A stretch of 64,000 bases of DNA, taken from Gekko japonicus (Eukaryota). Shown piece after piece: positions 13,192 through 25,188 of this stretch. The translations under genes and the position numbers were made by a program. The notes under the pieces were generated by a model. It searched no databases. It worked only from the letters and a program-made list of their open reading frames with translations, and was not told the origin of the DNA. How positions within the stretch are numbered: the first letter of the stretch is position 1; each line of letters begins with the position of its first letter. The stretch lies in contig NW_015161948.1 of the NCBI RefSeq assembly GCF_001447785.1, positions 1,203,556 to 1,267,555 on the forward strand, written 5' to 3'.

Positions 13192-13508
13192 CAGTGGTTC
13201 TCAAACTTTTTGAAATGGTACCCATTTCTAAACTGACTGTAGCTTTTGGACCCTACATGCAAAGTAACTTCATGCTACTTCCCTCTTCCTTAACTCAAAC
13301 TGCAAGAATTTCACATCCATTAACACAGAACAAGTTTAAAATTTAATCGTTACACATGTATATCACCTGTGAGACAACAGGCTATATACTTTACACAGCC
13401 TCTTAGAACCTCCTCTTCCAGCTCACCCTGCTCCTTCTGGTCCCACCACTCATGTGCAAGAGAACTGTAATCAACTGTTCATCGCAACCCACAGTTTGAA
13501 CACCATTG
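13192..13508. mobile_element. hAT (Charlie-like) MITE
   Basis: TIRs CAGTGGTTCTCAAAC ... GTTTGAACACCATTG; degenerate 8-bp flanks GCTTAAGA / CCTTAAAG. Confidence 0.65.
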
Positions 13509-13532
13509 CCTTAAAGGAAAGCTGTTCAGGAC

Positions 13533-15019
13533 TAGAGATGTGAAGGCCCAGGAAAAAAACTGGGAAAATTTGGAGGAAAAGAACCCCAGTTTTTTTCCAA
13601 GGCTTCCCCCCGATTTTCCAATGGGAAAACAGGAAATTTGAGGCAGTCCTGAAAAAAAACTCCTACAGATTTTAGAATGAGTGAATTGCTTTTAAAGGTG
13701 GACATGCTGTAGATGTATACAGCTCTTAAATACAAGACGCATTTTTGTCCTTAGAAGGATACCTGATCTTCATGAGGGCAGCATGCAGGGCTTTCATGGC
13801 TTCTGTGGCCCTTCTGACCTGACTCTTCCCTTATGCTGACCTTTTCACCTCTCCCTCAAACCACTGACACATATGCCCAGAGTGGGTATCAAGTAGCTTA
13901 TTGCCCTACCTTACTGGAGGGGGGAAAAGATGAGAAGAAGGTGGGCAGAAACTGCTCCAAAGCCTCAGAGACAAACTCTGGAAGTTTCATTAAGAACTGA
14001 GCTCTCCCTAACCAGTAGCTACAAGAAAGAAGAAGGTACAATCTAGCTGGAACTACATTTAGCTGTGCTGATGCTATTATTGACCCTTTGTGCAACCCTT
14101 TTTTCTTGACCAACTAATATACTTTATGTTTTTACCACAAAGCTAGTGTTTTCTGTTTAACTCCTATTTTTTCTTACATTTCTGATAGCAAAAAAATTAA
14201 GGTATATGGGCTAAGGCAGAATAGGGTACATCAGCTTGCACATTTCTCTTAAGCACTGAGTATATTCACAGTTTTGCTTGCAGAAAACTAAGTCATTTAT
14301 AACTTTTAAATTCCATAAATATTTCAACTACTGAAAGATAAATGATGCATTTTCTGTTGTTAAAGCAGTAAGATTAGGGCTCTTTAACTTGAAGAAATGA
14401 CGATTGAGGGGTGACATGATAGACGTTTACAAAGTTATGCATGGGATAGAGAAGGCCGAGAAAGAAGTCCTTTTCTCCCTTTCTTGCAATACAAGAACTC
14501 GTGGGCACTCAATGAAATTAATGAGCAGTAAGCTCATAGAATAGATAAAAGGAAGTATTCCTTCATCCAAAGAGTAAATAACATGTGGAATTCACTGCCG
14601 CAAGTACTAATGGCAGCTACATAGACAGCTTCAAGAGGGGATTGGATAAACATATGGAGCAGAGGTCTATCAGTGGCTATTAGCCACAAGATATGGTAGA
14701 TGGAATACTATGTCTGGGACAGTGATGCTCTGTATTCTTGGGGCTTGGGGAGCAACAGTGGGAAGGCTTCTGGAATTCTGGCTCTGCTGGTGGACCCTCT
14801 AATGGCCCTTGTATTTCTGCCACTGTGTGATACAGAGTGGATGGGCCACTGGCTTGATACAACATGGCTTCTCTTATGTTCTTAAGATTAGTTTAGGTTT
14901 GACAGGATAACAAGTATTGCATGTATTTCAATTTTCCCCAAAATTTCCAGTTTTTCCCAGGGTGGAAAATGCTCCCCCCCATCATGGCTTCAACATTTCC
15001 TGGAAATTTTACATCTCTC
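13533..15019. mobile_element. Non-autonomous hAT DNA transposon carrying a nested CR1
   Basis: TIRs TAGAGATGTGAA ... TTTACATCTCTC; subterminal GGAAAA repeats; 8-bp TSD TTCAGGAC (13525-13532) / TCCAGGAC (15020-15027). Confidence 0.8.
14378..14882 (+). mobile_element. 5'-truncated CR1 LINE
   Basis: LRGDMIDVYKVMHG-type region, 3' UTR and CTCTTATGTTC tail; TSD TAAGATTAG at 14369-14377 and 14883-14891. Confidence 0.9.
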
Positions 15020-15880
15020 TCCAGGACACATAACAAAAGATTAATACCCACTGATTGGGAGAAGCCAACTTCTTTCTACCAGTGGATCGGATCAGCTGCT
15101 AGAAGATGCTGGAGAGAAGCCCCCTAACACCCTGGATGTGTTCCTTTTGCAGCACTCCAGCTAATACACAAGTGATCTCTTCTGTCAGCAATCATAATGA
15201 GCTGACGGAGAGAGCACATGCTAGATTCCATCCAAGTGTGACCTTCCTCTACCTTTTCATATTAATTATACAAAAATAATTTACCCTTACTGGCAATGAC
15301 TCAGAAGTAATATTGCATGCAGAGAGGTTGGTGGAAGAATAAAAAGGAATACAAGAAACTTTGGGCATATGAGCACATTTATAAACTGTGGCATACACAT
15401 TACCTGCACAAGTTCAATTTAATTAAGAGAACTATCAACTGCACAAAGTGGCAGATCCTCCTCCCCCATGCCTAATCTCACTCAGAAACAATGATTCACA
15501 AACGGAAAATCAAGAAAAACTACTGCCACTGTGATTATTAACACTGTTTTACCAGTCGTGACATCCCAAGAGAAGATCAGCATGGAGAACATACAACCCT
15601 TACCCAACAGATTAACATTTATGCCATAAGGCACTTTTACCTTAACGAGGAAATTAATTCATGTTGCTAGTAAGATCCATGTAGCATTTCTGTTCCATTC
15701 AATTTAGAATTAAAGATGCAATCTGTGCCTTTCCAGAACTATTTAGTGTCCCTGTAATTTGGCAGAAAACCCAATCAGATGACTAACTGACACAAGATCC
15801 TTCATTATCTGGAAGTTTAGGAAATTGGCAGTTTCAGAAACTCTGAGGTCCTGTCTCACATAATGTGCTACTCATCCCCC

Positions 15881-15947
15881 TGGCGAGATCTTGTCCATGG
15901 GGTTGCGAAGAGTCGGAATCGACTGTGCGACTGAACAACAACAACAA
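15881..15947 (+). mobile_element. Extreme 3' fragment of BovB (RTE)
   Basis: GTCCATGGGGTTGCGAAGAGTCGG...GACTGAACAACAACAAC matches the 3' end of the BovB at ~21.4 kb; flanking repeat CATCCCCC. Confidence 0.85.
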
Positions 15948-16559
15948 CATCCCCCCAGATTTAAAATTGTCACATTCCGCTGCCCTTGTCTCTGCTTTTC
16001 CAGTAAAGCTAACACTCAAAAGGCCACAGAAACTAAGCTCACCATTGTGAACTGCTTAAGTCAACTAACTGGGCTAACAACATTTATCATTCTACATTAG
16101 ATGAAGTTGTTGCTCATTATCTTAAGATCACAAGTGTCCACAGAACTTCCTGATCATGTGTGTCTCCCCTCCCCCACAAAAAAAGAGAGGGCGGCTTCCA
16201 ATCTGAAATATCTGCTTGTCAAGATGTGCTCAACTCACTACTGCTCCGCTACATACTAACACTGCACGGCCAACCAAGTTTAAACGGCAAGCTTAAACTC
16301 TTTTGCAAACGCAACAGACCAGTTCAGAGAGGAAAACAACGAGAACTTAACCGTGACTGCCACCGCTCACCTTACAAAGCCTCTCCAAATGAGGGCCGAA
16401 AATCTTTCCCGTTATGAAAAAGATTAAATTTATGGCCCAGGGATTATCACCACGTGAACCAAAAACAGGATTTACACAAACGGTAGGTCGATGGCAGCTG
16501 GCTGCAATGGACCACACGAGACTTACAAAGAGACGTTAAAGAACATAGGATGCGTTTGC

Positions 16560-17580
16560 CGGCCAGCAGAGAGACCGGCCGTGTTTTTTGAACGGGGAAG
16601 GAACGAGGGTTAGGGCAGGCGGGACGTCCCAGCAGCCAGCACTCCCCAGCCAGCCAGCCCGCCCCAGAGAAGCCCGCGACCGCCAGCCTCGCAAGACAGC
16701 AGCGCCTCTCTTCCGCCTCCGGAGCATCCTCCTCATCACTCGCGGGGCGGCGGCGGCGCTCGCGTACCTTGATGCGCTCCCGGCACTGGGACGGTGTCCG
16801 CTCGTAGCCCAGCTCCGCCAGGGCCCGGGAGACGCGCTCGTACATGGCGGGCCCGGGGGCCTTGCTGCCGAAGACGGTGCCGGCGCCCTCCAACTGCTGG
16901 TAGCGCGCCTCCACCAGCCGCTCGTTGCCCCACACGGCGATCAGCGCGTTGGTCTCAGCCGGCGTCCACGACATGCCCCGGCAGGCGGCCGTCGTGGCGG
17001 TGCCGCCGGGCGAGAAGGAGACGGACGGCGAGGCTCCGCCACGGCCCCCGGCGCCGCCGCCACAGCCTCCNNNNNNNNNNNNNNNNNNNNNNNNNNNNNN
17101 NNNNNNNNNNNNNNNNNNNGAGGAGCCACAGGGCGCCGCCATATTGGAGCTGCCGAGCCGAGCGGGCGGAAGTGACGGAGGAGCGCGAGCGGGCGGGGCT
17201 TCCGCCAGGAGGCGACGAGCCAGGAGCGAAGCGGGAGAATAGAAAAGGGGAGAGAGAGAGAGAAGCGGCGGGAGGCGCGCGTGCGGTGTCGGTTCAGCTG
17301 GCGAATCGGGCGGAATGTGTCAGCGCCACAACGGCAACAGTCGAGGGCCATCGTTGGGGGAGTGAGGCGGTCTGAGGTGAGGCCGCTTCTCGCTCAGGTT
17401 CGTTACAAGATGGGGCTTCTTCTTCTGGGTCGGGCCGTCACATACACACACACATATCCCCGGTCAGAAATGAAACGCAGAGCGGATTTGAAGGGGGGAG
17501 GCGGCCCTGTGAAGGGGCTGCAAAAGGCCGGCTGTTTACCTCAGTGTATCGCCCCCCCCCCCGAACGACCGTGGTTGGTT
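16560..17580. promoter_or_regulatory. CpG island / MSANTD2 promoter
   Basis: Very GC- and CpG-rich block spanning exon 1; ETS-like GCGGAAGTG (~17167), GC boxes (GGGCGGGG), YY1-like AATATGGCGGC at the ATG (minus) and CAAGATGG at ~17406 (plus). Confidence 0.85.
16768..17142 (-). CDS. MSANTD2: MSANTD2 coding exon 1 (start codon and Myb/SANT-like domain; contains an assembly gap)
   Basis: MAAPCGS...SVSFSPGG...[73 protein letters not shown], then donor GTACGC (GT at 16767-16766); matches vertebrate MSANTD2; N gap at 17071-17119. Confidence 0.96.
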
Positions 17581-19191
17581 TAGGTCAGTTCAGGCTGCTG
17601 GTGAACCATATTAAAGACTGAGTGGTTGAATGTCCGTAAGAGGAGTTCAGCAATTTACTATCTACAGTTTCCTTTAAATCTTTAAATTGTGCTGAATATC
17701 CCATGGGGCAAAGCCCACTCATGTCTTCTTCAGTGGTCCCTCTGACTTTTCTAGAAACACACAGTGCTCCTCAAGCTTCACTCCAGACTGGCCAGGAACC
17801 AGTGCCTTTTAAGGGGTTGGAAAGGGTGGGCAGTAAGCTCATATCTCTTCCGAGGAAAACAGAAAAAAACCTGCGGGAGCTGGAGCACCGTTTTGCGTGT
17901 ATTTTGAATAGGTGGTTCGTTTGATGTGAAAGAGGCGCTTTGGAGAAACTGTGCCTGTTGAATACCCGCCTGGGCGCATCCATAAGGTCCCTGGGTCGCC
18001 GAAAGACCTGTTTCTGTGTCTGCATAATGGGCTGGCATAATACGTGAGACGGTCTACAGTGGGTTCTTTTGCTTATGGAAGTGAATGCATGAAGCTCCTT
18101 GTAATGAGAGGCTTGTCGATTCTGACTGGCATTGGCTTTTTCAGAGTTTTTCAGGTGTATGTTGTCTCTCATAGCTTACTACCAGATTCTTTTAAAACTG
18201 GAAATGCCAGGGACTGAACCTAGGATCCTTTTACTCACAGAGCAAACTCTGTCACTAAGCTGCTGCCTCTCCCTGCAGAAATTCAGCTGTAGATTAACTT
18301 GCATTAATTCCATTACTTTTTTGTGGTACACAGGATCGATTTGTGAAGTGGCTTAATTTATCATCCTAAAGCTTAAACTGCCCTGAGCCTGCCCCACAGG
18401 GAGGGTGGGGTATAAATTGAATAAATAAATGTTTTCAATCCTAAATATAAATACCTTTTCTAGATATCATTTTTAGTTGGAGGACAATAATATAATAATG
18501 ATGTAGTACAACACAGCAAAGGTTCTTCTGTCTTACAGTCTTTTATATCTTATTCTGTTTTATCTGACTTTCCCCCACATTATATGACAGGTTGCCGAAA
18601 GCAATTGGAGGGTGCCTGATTAAGGCTATTTTATTCTCGAGTTTTAATGTAAGTTGCAGGCATTTTGTTAGGTTAGGGGTGGAATTGGGGTTTTGCTGCT
18701 TGCTTTCCTCTGCAGAATTAGAAACATCTGTGGCAAATGGCCTCTGTTTTTCTTTTCCATTGAAAACCTTAAGGGGTCACATGTCAGCTGCAATTTGATG
18801 GCATTTCACACGCACACAAGCTGCCTTGAGCCATAGTGGAAAACCAGGATATGATTAAATAAATAAAAGTGGACTCATGAAAGCTTGCACCTCACTAAAT
18901 TTGTCTTTTTATGTCATTTTAACACAACAATCCCCCTCATGGATCACTGCCTTGTCGTGGCGAGGGGGCTTGCATGGTTCGATGAGGCTGTGGGGTATGC
19001 CGTGGAGGGCCACCCAAGACGGACAGGCCACAGCAGATAACTCAGACCAAGCGTGATCCCCTGGAGAAGGAAATGGCAACCCACTCCAGTATTTTTGCCA
19101 AGAAAACCCCATGGACAGTAACAAAAGGCTAAAAGATATGACGCCGGAAGATGAGCCCCTCAGGTCGAAAGGTGTCCAATATACTCTTGGG

Positions 19192-19250
19192 CAGGGGTCA
19201 TTTCGCAGAAAAAGAGGTGCAGGAGCTCATTAGCATAACTCATTAGCATA
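19192..19250 (-). mobile_element. Single end of a hAT MITE inside the BovB
   Basis: CAGGGGTCATTTCGCAGAAAAAGAGGTGCAGGAGCTCATTAGCATAACTCATTAGCATA is the reverse complement of the right end (49482-49540) of the intact MITE. Confidence 0.88.
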
Positions 19251-19361
19251 AATCATGAGCTACTCATTGCAAAATTCAGACTTAAACTGAAGAAAATTGG
19301 GAAAACCACGAGGCCATTCAGGTTTGACCTAGATCGCATCCCTGATGAATATACAGTAGAG

Positions 19362-21403
19362 GTGAAGAATAGATTCAAGGGTCTGGATTTGATAGATAGA
19401 GTGCCTGAAGAACTATGGACAGAGGTTCGTGACATCGTACAGGAGGCAGCAATCACCACCATCCCAAAGAAAAAGAAATGTAAGAAAGCAAAGTGGCTTT
19501 CTGATGAGGCTTTACAAATAGCAGAGGAAAGAAGGAAAGCGAAAGGCAAAGGCGAAAAGGAAAGATTTACCCAACTGAACGCAGATTTCCAGAGAACAGC
19601 AAGGAGAGATAAGGAGGCCTTCCTGAATGAACAGTGCAAAGTAATAGAAGAAAACAATAGAATGGGAAGGACTAGAGATCTCTTCAAGAAAGTTGGAGAA
19701 ATCAAGGGAGCGTTCCATGCAAAGCTGGCCATGATAAAGGACAAAAACGGTAGGGACCTAACAGAAGCAGAAGAGATTAGGAAAAGATGGCAAGAATACA
19801 CAGAAGAACTATACAAGAAAGACCTCGATGTCCTTGACAACCACGACGGTATAATCACTGACCTCGAGCCAGACATCCTGGAATGTGAAGTTAAATGGGC
19901 CTTAGAAAGCATTACTAACAACAAAGCTAGTGGAGGTGATGGTATTCCAGTTGAGCTATTCAAAGTCTTAGAAGATGATGCTGTTAAAGTTCTGCACTCC
20001 ATTTGCCAGCAAATTTGGAAAACGCAACAGTGGCCACAGGATTGGAAAAGGTCAGTATACATTCCAATCCCAAAGAAGGGCAATGCCAAGGAATGTTCAA
20101 ACTATCGCACAATTGCACTCATATCACACGCTAGCAAGGTCATGCTCAAGATCCTACAAGCTAGGCTTCAACAGTACGTGGATAGAGAACTACCAGAAGT
20201 ACAAGCTGGGTTTCGAAGAGGTAGAGGAACTAGAGATCAAATTGCCAACATTCGCTGGATTATGGAGAAAGCAAGAGAGTACCAGAAAAATATCTACTTC
20301 TGCTTCATTGACTATGCTAAAGCTTTTGACTGTGTGGATCACAACAAACTATGGCAGGTCCTTAAAGAGATGGGAGTACCAGACCACCTCACATGTCTCT
20401 TGAGAAACCTGTATAAGGGCCAAGAAGCGACAGTTAGAACCGGATATGGAACAACTGATTGGTTCAGCATAGGAAAAGGAGTACGACAAGGATGTATATT
20501 GTCACCTTGCTTATTTAATATATATGCAGAGTACATCATGCGAAATGCTGGCCTGGATGAATCACAAGCGGGAATTAAGATTGCTGGGGAAAAGATCAAC
20601 AACCTCAGATATGCAGACGATACCACTCTGATGGCAGAAAGTGAAGAGGACCTCAAGAGCCTCTTGCTCAGGGTAAAAGAGGAGAGCGCAAAAGTGGGCT
20701 TGAAGCTCAACATCAAAAAAACTAAGATCATGGCATCCGGCCCCATGACTCCTTGGCAAATAGAAGGGGAAGCTGTGGAAGTAGTGACAGACTTCACGTT
20801 CCTGGGATCCCAGATCACCGCAGACTGTGACAGCAGTCATGAAATTAAAAGACGCCTGCTCCTTGGGAGGAAAGCGATGGCGAACCTAAACAGCATGATA
20901 AAAAGTAGAGACATCACCCTGCCAACAAAAGTCCGCATGGTCAAAGCAATGGTATTCCCAGTAGTCATGTATGGCTGCGAGAGTTGGACTATAAGGAAGG
21001 CCGAGCGCCGAAGAATAGATTCTTTTGAACTATGGTGCTGGAGAGACGCTTGAGAGTCCCTTGGACTGCAAGAAGATCAAATCAGTCAATCCTAAAAGAA
21101 ATCAACCCTGACTGTTCCCTGGAAGGCCAGATAATGAAACTGAAACTCAAATACTTAATGAAACTGAAGCTCAAATACTTTGGCCACCAAATGAGAAGGG
21201 AGCACTCACTGGAGAAGACCCTGATGCTGGGAAAGATTGAAGGTCAAAGAAGACGGGGACGGCAAAGGATGAGATGGTTAGACAGTGTCATAGATGCAAC
21301 AAACATGAAGTTGAGCAAACTTCAGAGGACGGCGGAAGACTGGAAGGCCTGGCGTGATGTGGTCCATGGGGTCGCGAAGAGTCGGACTCGACTGTGCGAC
21401 TAA
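19362..21403 (+). pseudogene. BovB reverse transcriptase ORF (563 aa open, then frameshifted C-terminus)
   Basis: Motifs NYRTIALISHASK, QAGFRRGRGTRDQI, FIDYAKAFD, GVRQGCILSP and LRYADD; 1-nt frameshift at WCWR (~21045); 24-bp tandem duplication at ~21131-21180. Confidence 0.93.
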
Positions 21404-22734
21404 ACAGCAAAACACAACAATAGAACCTCTTTTTGAAAAAGGCAAAGTAACTACTGCCAAGAGAATCAACAAGGCAAAAAGCAAATTGAGGGGGGGGGAC
21501 CCTCTTTGCAAGGGAGATGTGTGGAAAAAGACCAAGTTAATATTTATTGCTTCAGCACTTTGGAGGTTTTGTTAATTTTTAAAGTTTATAAAAGGTCTTA
21601 AGTCACCTTGACTGTCAATATTGGTAGAAAGGCAGGATATAAATACTTCACATTTAAAAAAATCTAGTCATTAATGTGTTCTTGTACAAAACTGAATTGG
21701 AGGTTTCTGATGTATGAAATACAGCCCATTTTAGCTGAGATTTGATGGAGATTGGAGTTTATCAAGGGCCATGCAGGAAGGTGAGTATACAACTGTGTCT
21801 CAGGTTTCAGCAGTTTACAATGCATGTGCAATTTCAGTTTTCTGTTTCTGAGCCTGCTTAAAAAGGGCCAAGAAGATCAAATCTGGCAAATTAATGTTAG
21901 TGTTAGGGGCAGGGCTTAGGATGGACTCCTCCTTTTTCTCAGTAATTCAGTGGGTCCTCCCCGGAAGGGAGAACAAAATCAAAATATGGATGATTTTAAG
22001 ACTTACTTGAAACAACAGAGAAGAACAGCATTTGGTAGTAGGTTTATCTGGTATAATAGGCACCAGAACTTGTTTGGATGACAGATTTTTTGCAGTTCAG
22101 TTATGACTTCACAACATGAATGAGGTGTCTCCTTCAATTTTATCCCCGCCCCCTCCGTCCATTTTGTGTTTACATTTTGTCTTTGCCATTTTTTTCGATT
22201 CTAAGGAGCCTTGAGTGCCAGTACAACCTCTTTTTCAAATGGCAGCTAATTTCTCAGTGTATCTTGATTTATCTTCAATCTGTATTCTTTATTTATAAGG
22301 CCTTCAATTATATGCATATGTCCACTGGAACAAGGCTTCTCATCTAGCAGAAGGGAGTTGTAGAATCCAATCCAGTGTTTTCATAATAAATCTCTTCAGC
22401 CAGGATTCTAAATCCACTGAAGTCAGTTTCCCTAAAAAAGTATGATATTGCTTTGGGTAGCACTGTCAGACATAATGGTTTGGTCACTACATTAGGAACC
22501 CTGAGGGTTGCTCCCCCCACCCCATTGAATGCAATGATATAATTAGTTGTTTGCAGGTTTATGGCAAACTGTGGTTAGTGCTTACCCTTCGTAGCAAAAT
22601 TCCAAACCATGATTCCTGTTATCAGTGTTGGTTGAAGGGCAAGAGCTAAATATAGTTTGCTGGTTAGGATGTAAAATGGCAAACTGTGGATTAACACAGA
22701 CCTGGAGATAACTAATTATTTAGCTGCGTGTAAT

Positions 22735-23084
22735 GAGCTGCGGTGGCTCAAGTGGTTAAGACGTTGAACTGCAGGCTGTGGAAGGTCGGTAGTTCAGCAG
22801 TTCGAGACCCGAGTGTGCCGCATGACGGAGTGAGCTCCCGTCTCTAGTTCCAGCTCCTGCCAACCTAGCAGTTCGAAAGCAAGAAATTGCAAGTAGATAA
22901 ATAGGTACCAATTAAGTGGGAAGGTAACAGCGTTCCGTGCGCCTTGGTGTTTAGTTATGCCGGCCACATGACCACGGAAACGTCTTCGGACAGCGCTGGC
23001 TCTTCGGCTTTGAAACGGAGATGAGCACCGCAGCCCTAGAGTTGGATTTGACTGGCTTTCGAGCAAGGGAACCTTTACCTTTAC
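22735..23084 (+). mobile_element. Sauria SINE, full length
   Basis: A box TGGCTCAAGTGG, B box GTTCGAGACC, 3' ACCTTTACCTTTAC tail. Confidence 0.9.
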
Positions 23085-24401
23085 TTAATGGGAGGAGACA
23101 GCACAGGAACTTGACAATCCCAAGGCTAGTTCATGTAATGGCCAACCATTACTGTGAACCCAACTGAAATGCAGTAGTTACTCTGTTTCAACAGTTCTCA
23201 AGCTTCCTATCTGAGGGGCTGTTGTCCCTCACTACTGATTCCTGTAGTTAACAGACAGCAAGCTAAAAATGCTTTGAATATGAATGATCAATGAAGCAGG
23301 GCATTTAAAGGGTTAAACATTGTAATGATTCTAGCCCGTCTCACTCTGCACCATATTTTTAAAAATGCATTTTATTGACAGAATGAGCATCCCAGGACCT
23401 GAAAATGAAGATTTGTTTATCTTCTAGGAAGAGCCTTAGAGACTGCATCTTCATCACACCTGGAACTCCGGTCCCCTGCTGTATATTATATTATTATAAA
23501 TGGTAAGTTGTAAATTACTTAGATTGTGAGTCCTTGGGGGACGTAAATGTGTTTGGAAAAACCACTGTAAGTCACTCTAAATCTGTGTGATGGAGCAGAA
23601 TATAAATAATAATAAATTCTAGAAAGCGTCTTTCCAGCTGCTGTTCAGTAAAAACCTAATAACATTACTGCCTACTGCTGCTTTTCATTAAAGTGCTATT
23701 ATGGTTTCTGATACCAAATTGGAGCATGTCTTGAATATATGTTATAGAAAGATGGTAGCTAGGGAGGGAATCCTACAGATGGTTCTTCAGTTATATTTGC
23801 TTTCCAACATCGTAGGGAATGCAAACCTTTTTCAGTACAATCCTATGCAGTTATTCCATTCCCTCCAGTCTGTAGTATCTATGCATGATATTGTATTATA
23901 AGTTTCCTACATTTTGATCGACGCCTGTTCCCTTGAAAATAACTCCCACTGTGGAACTTATTCCTAAATAAATGTTCAGGGGATTACCCCCCTAATTTGG
24001 AAAATTCATGAGTTTATTGAAGATTTGCCATGATTTTCTTCATGAGAGCAGAGGGTACAGAAAGTTTTTCACTTCCCAGATGCTCTCTACAAAAAAAATA
24101 AGTAGGAAAAGAATTTAGGAAGAGTGAAGAGAGAGTATCTGATTGGCAGAGTGCAGGCAAGGCTAGTCACACAGAAAGGGAAAGTCCAGTAGTACCAAGT
24201 GTGGTATAACATGCCACGCTGGCACTTATTTCCAGGTTTCAAGGTGCTAGACCTCACAGAGGAGATAATTTCTTCAGTTTTATTGCACCCCTCACCATGT
24301 GAAGCCAGTCACTGCCTGAGGGAGGGAGCAACCTATGAGGTGGCTGGGGCATTTCTCCAGGACATTTCTCCAGGTTGGATGAAAGGGCAGAGAGGAGGAG
24401 T

Positions 24402-25188
24402 GTGTAGATTCTCTCCTCCCCAGACCAGTCCAGGAATGGGAGGGAAAGAATTCTACACTGGAACCATACATCACACAAGAACCCAGGAGAGATAGCCTCT
24501 CTGGATTTACAGACACAGCCACCAGGATCTCTAGATTAATCCCTCACCAGCCTGAGATTAGAGATCCAGAATCTCAGTTGGCATGTGGATTTTACACTTC
24601 CACAACTCTGTCTAGAGCTGTACAGTTAATCTTAGCAAGGTAGCATAATTGGTGAGCGGTCCTGACAACAGGACTTAGCTTGGAGTCAGTTGCACATCAA
24701 GCAGACACTATTTATAAACAAGAATAAGGTTTATTCAGTACAGACTTGCAATCAGACTAGAACTTGCAAGCACATAGCCATGTGCTTCAGCTGCACCAAG
24801 GAGTTCTTTGTTCCCCTCGGGACAGCAGTCCCAGATGCAATTCCAACAAATAAAGAGAGCAAGAAAATCTGAGCTCTCCTCCAAGGGTCAGACAATGAAA
24901 AACCCCAATCTCATTATGACCAGCCATGGCCAGTAGCCAATCGCAAGGAGACAGGGAGTTTCCAACTTTTGGGTTGTCATGGTAATGGGTGGGGGATAGG
25001 CTAGGTCTGGGGAACACCCTCTGCAGTCAAAATGACCCCCATAGTCCAACCCACCCTTGGGCCTTCCTGACTGTTGTCTTGTCAGCTAGGCCATCTGGTC
25101 TTCGTGGAAGTGTGAAGGTATGTTTATGGCAGAGCTATGAAGCCCATTTGGCTTCAAGAGGAAATGCACACAGCAGGGGATCGCAAGA
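24402..25188 (-). mobile_element. LTR-like insert between 121-bp direct repeats
   Basis: TG-start (TGTAGATT) and CA-end (GGATCGCA); AATAAA on the minus strand at ~24727; flanked by direct repeats at 24281-24401 and 25189-25309. Confidence 0.55.

Larger units (their letters stand above)
18932..21410 (+). mobile_element. BovB (RTE clade) LINE with both ends present and the endonuclease region deleted
   Basis: 5' end CCCCCTCATGGATCACTGCCTTGTCGTGG; 3' end GGGGTCGCGAAGAGTCGGACTCGACTG; 11-bp TSD AACACAACAAT (18921-18931 / 21411-21421). Confidence 0.95.

Noticed and set aside
16447-16767. C-terminal extension of ORF 16447..17142 ([14 protein letters not shown]...)
   Set aside because: Read-through into intron 1; homology stops at RERIK, where a GT donor splices to exon 2
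16588-17583. Several long GC-rich ORFs on both strands
   Set aside because: Stop-poor CpG-island frames overlapping MSANTD2 exon 1, partly spanning Ns; no recognisable protein
19253-20840. Antisense ORFs of up to 278 aa
   Set aside because: Shadow frames of the BovB RT
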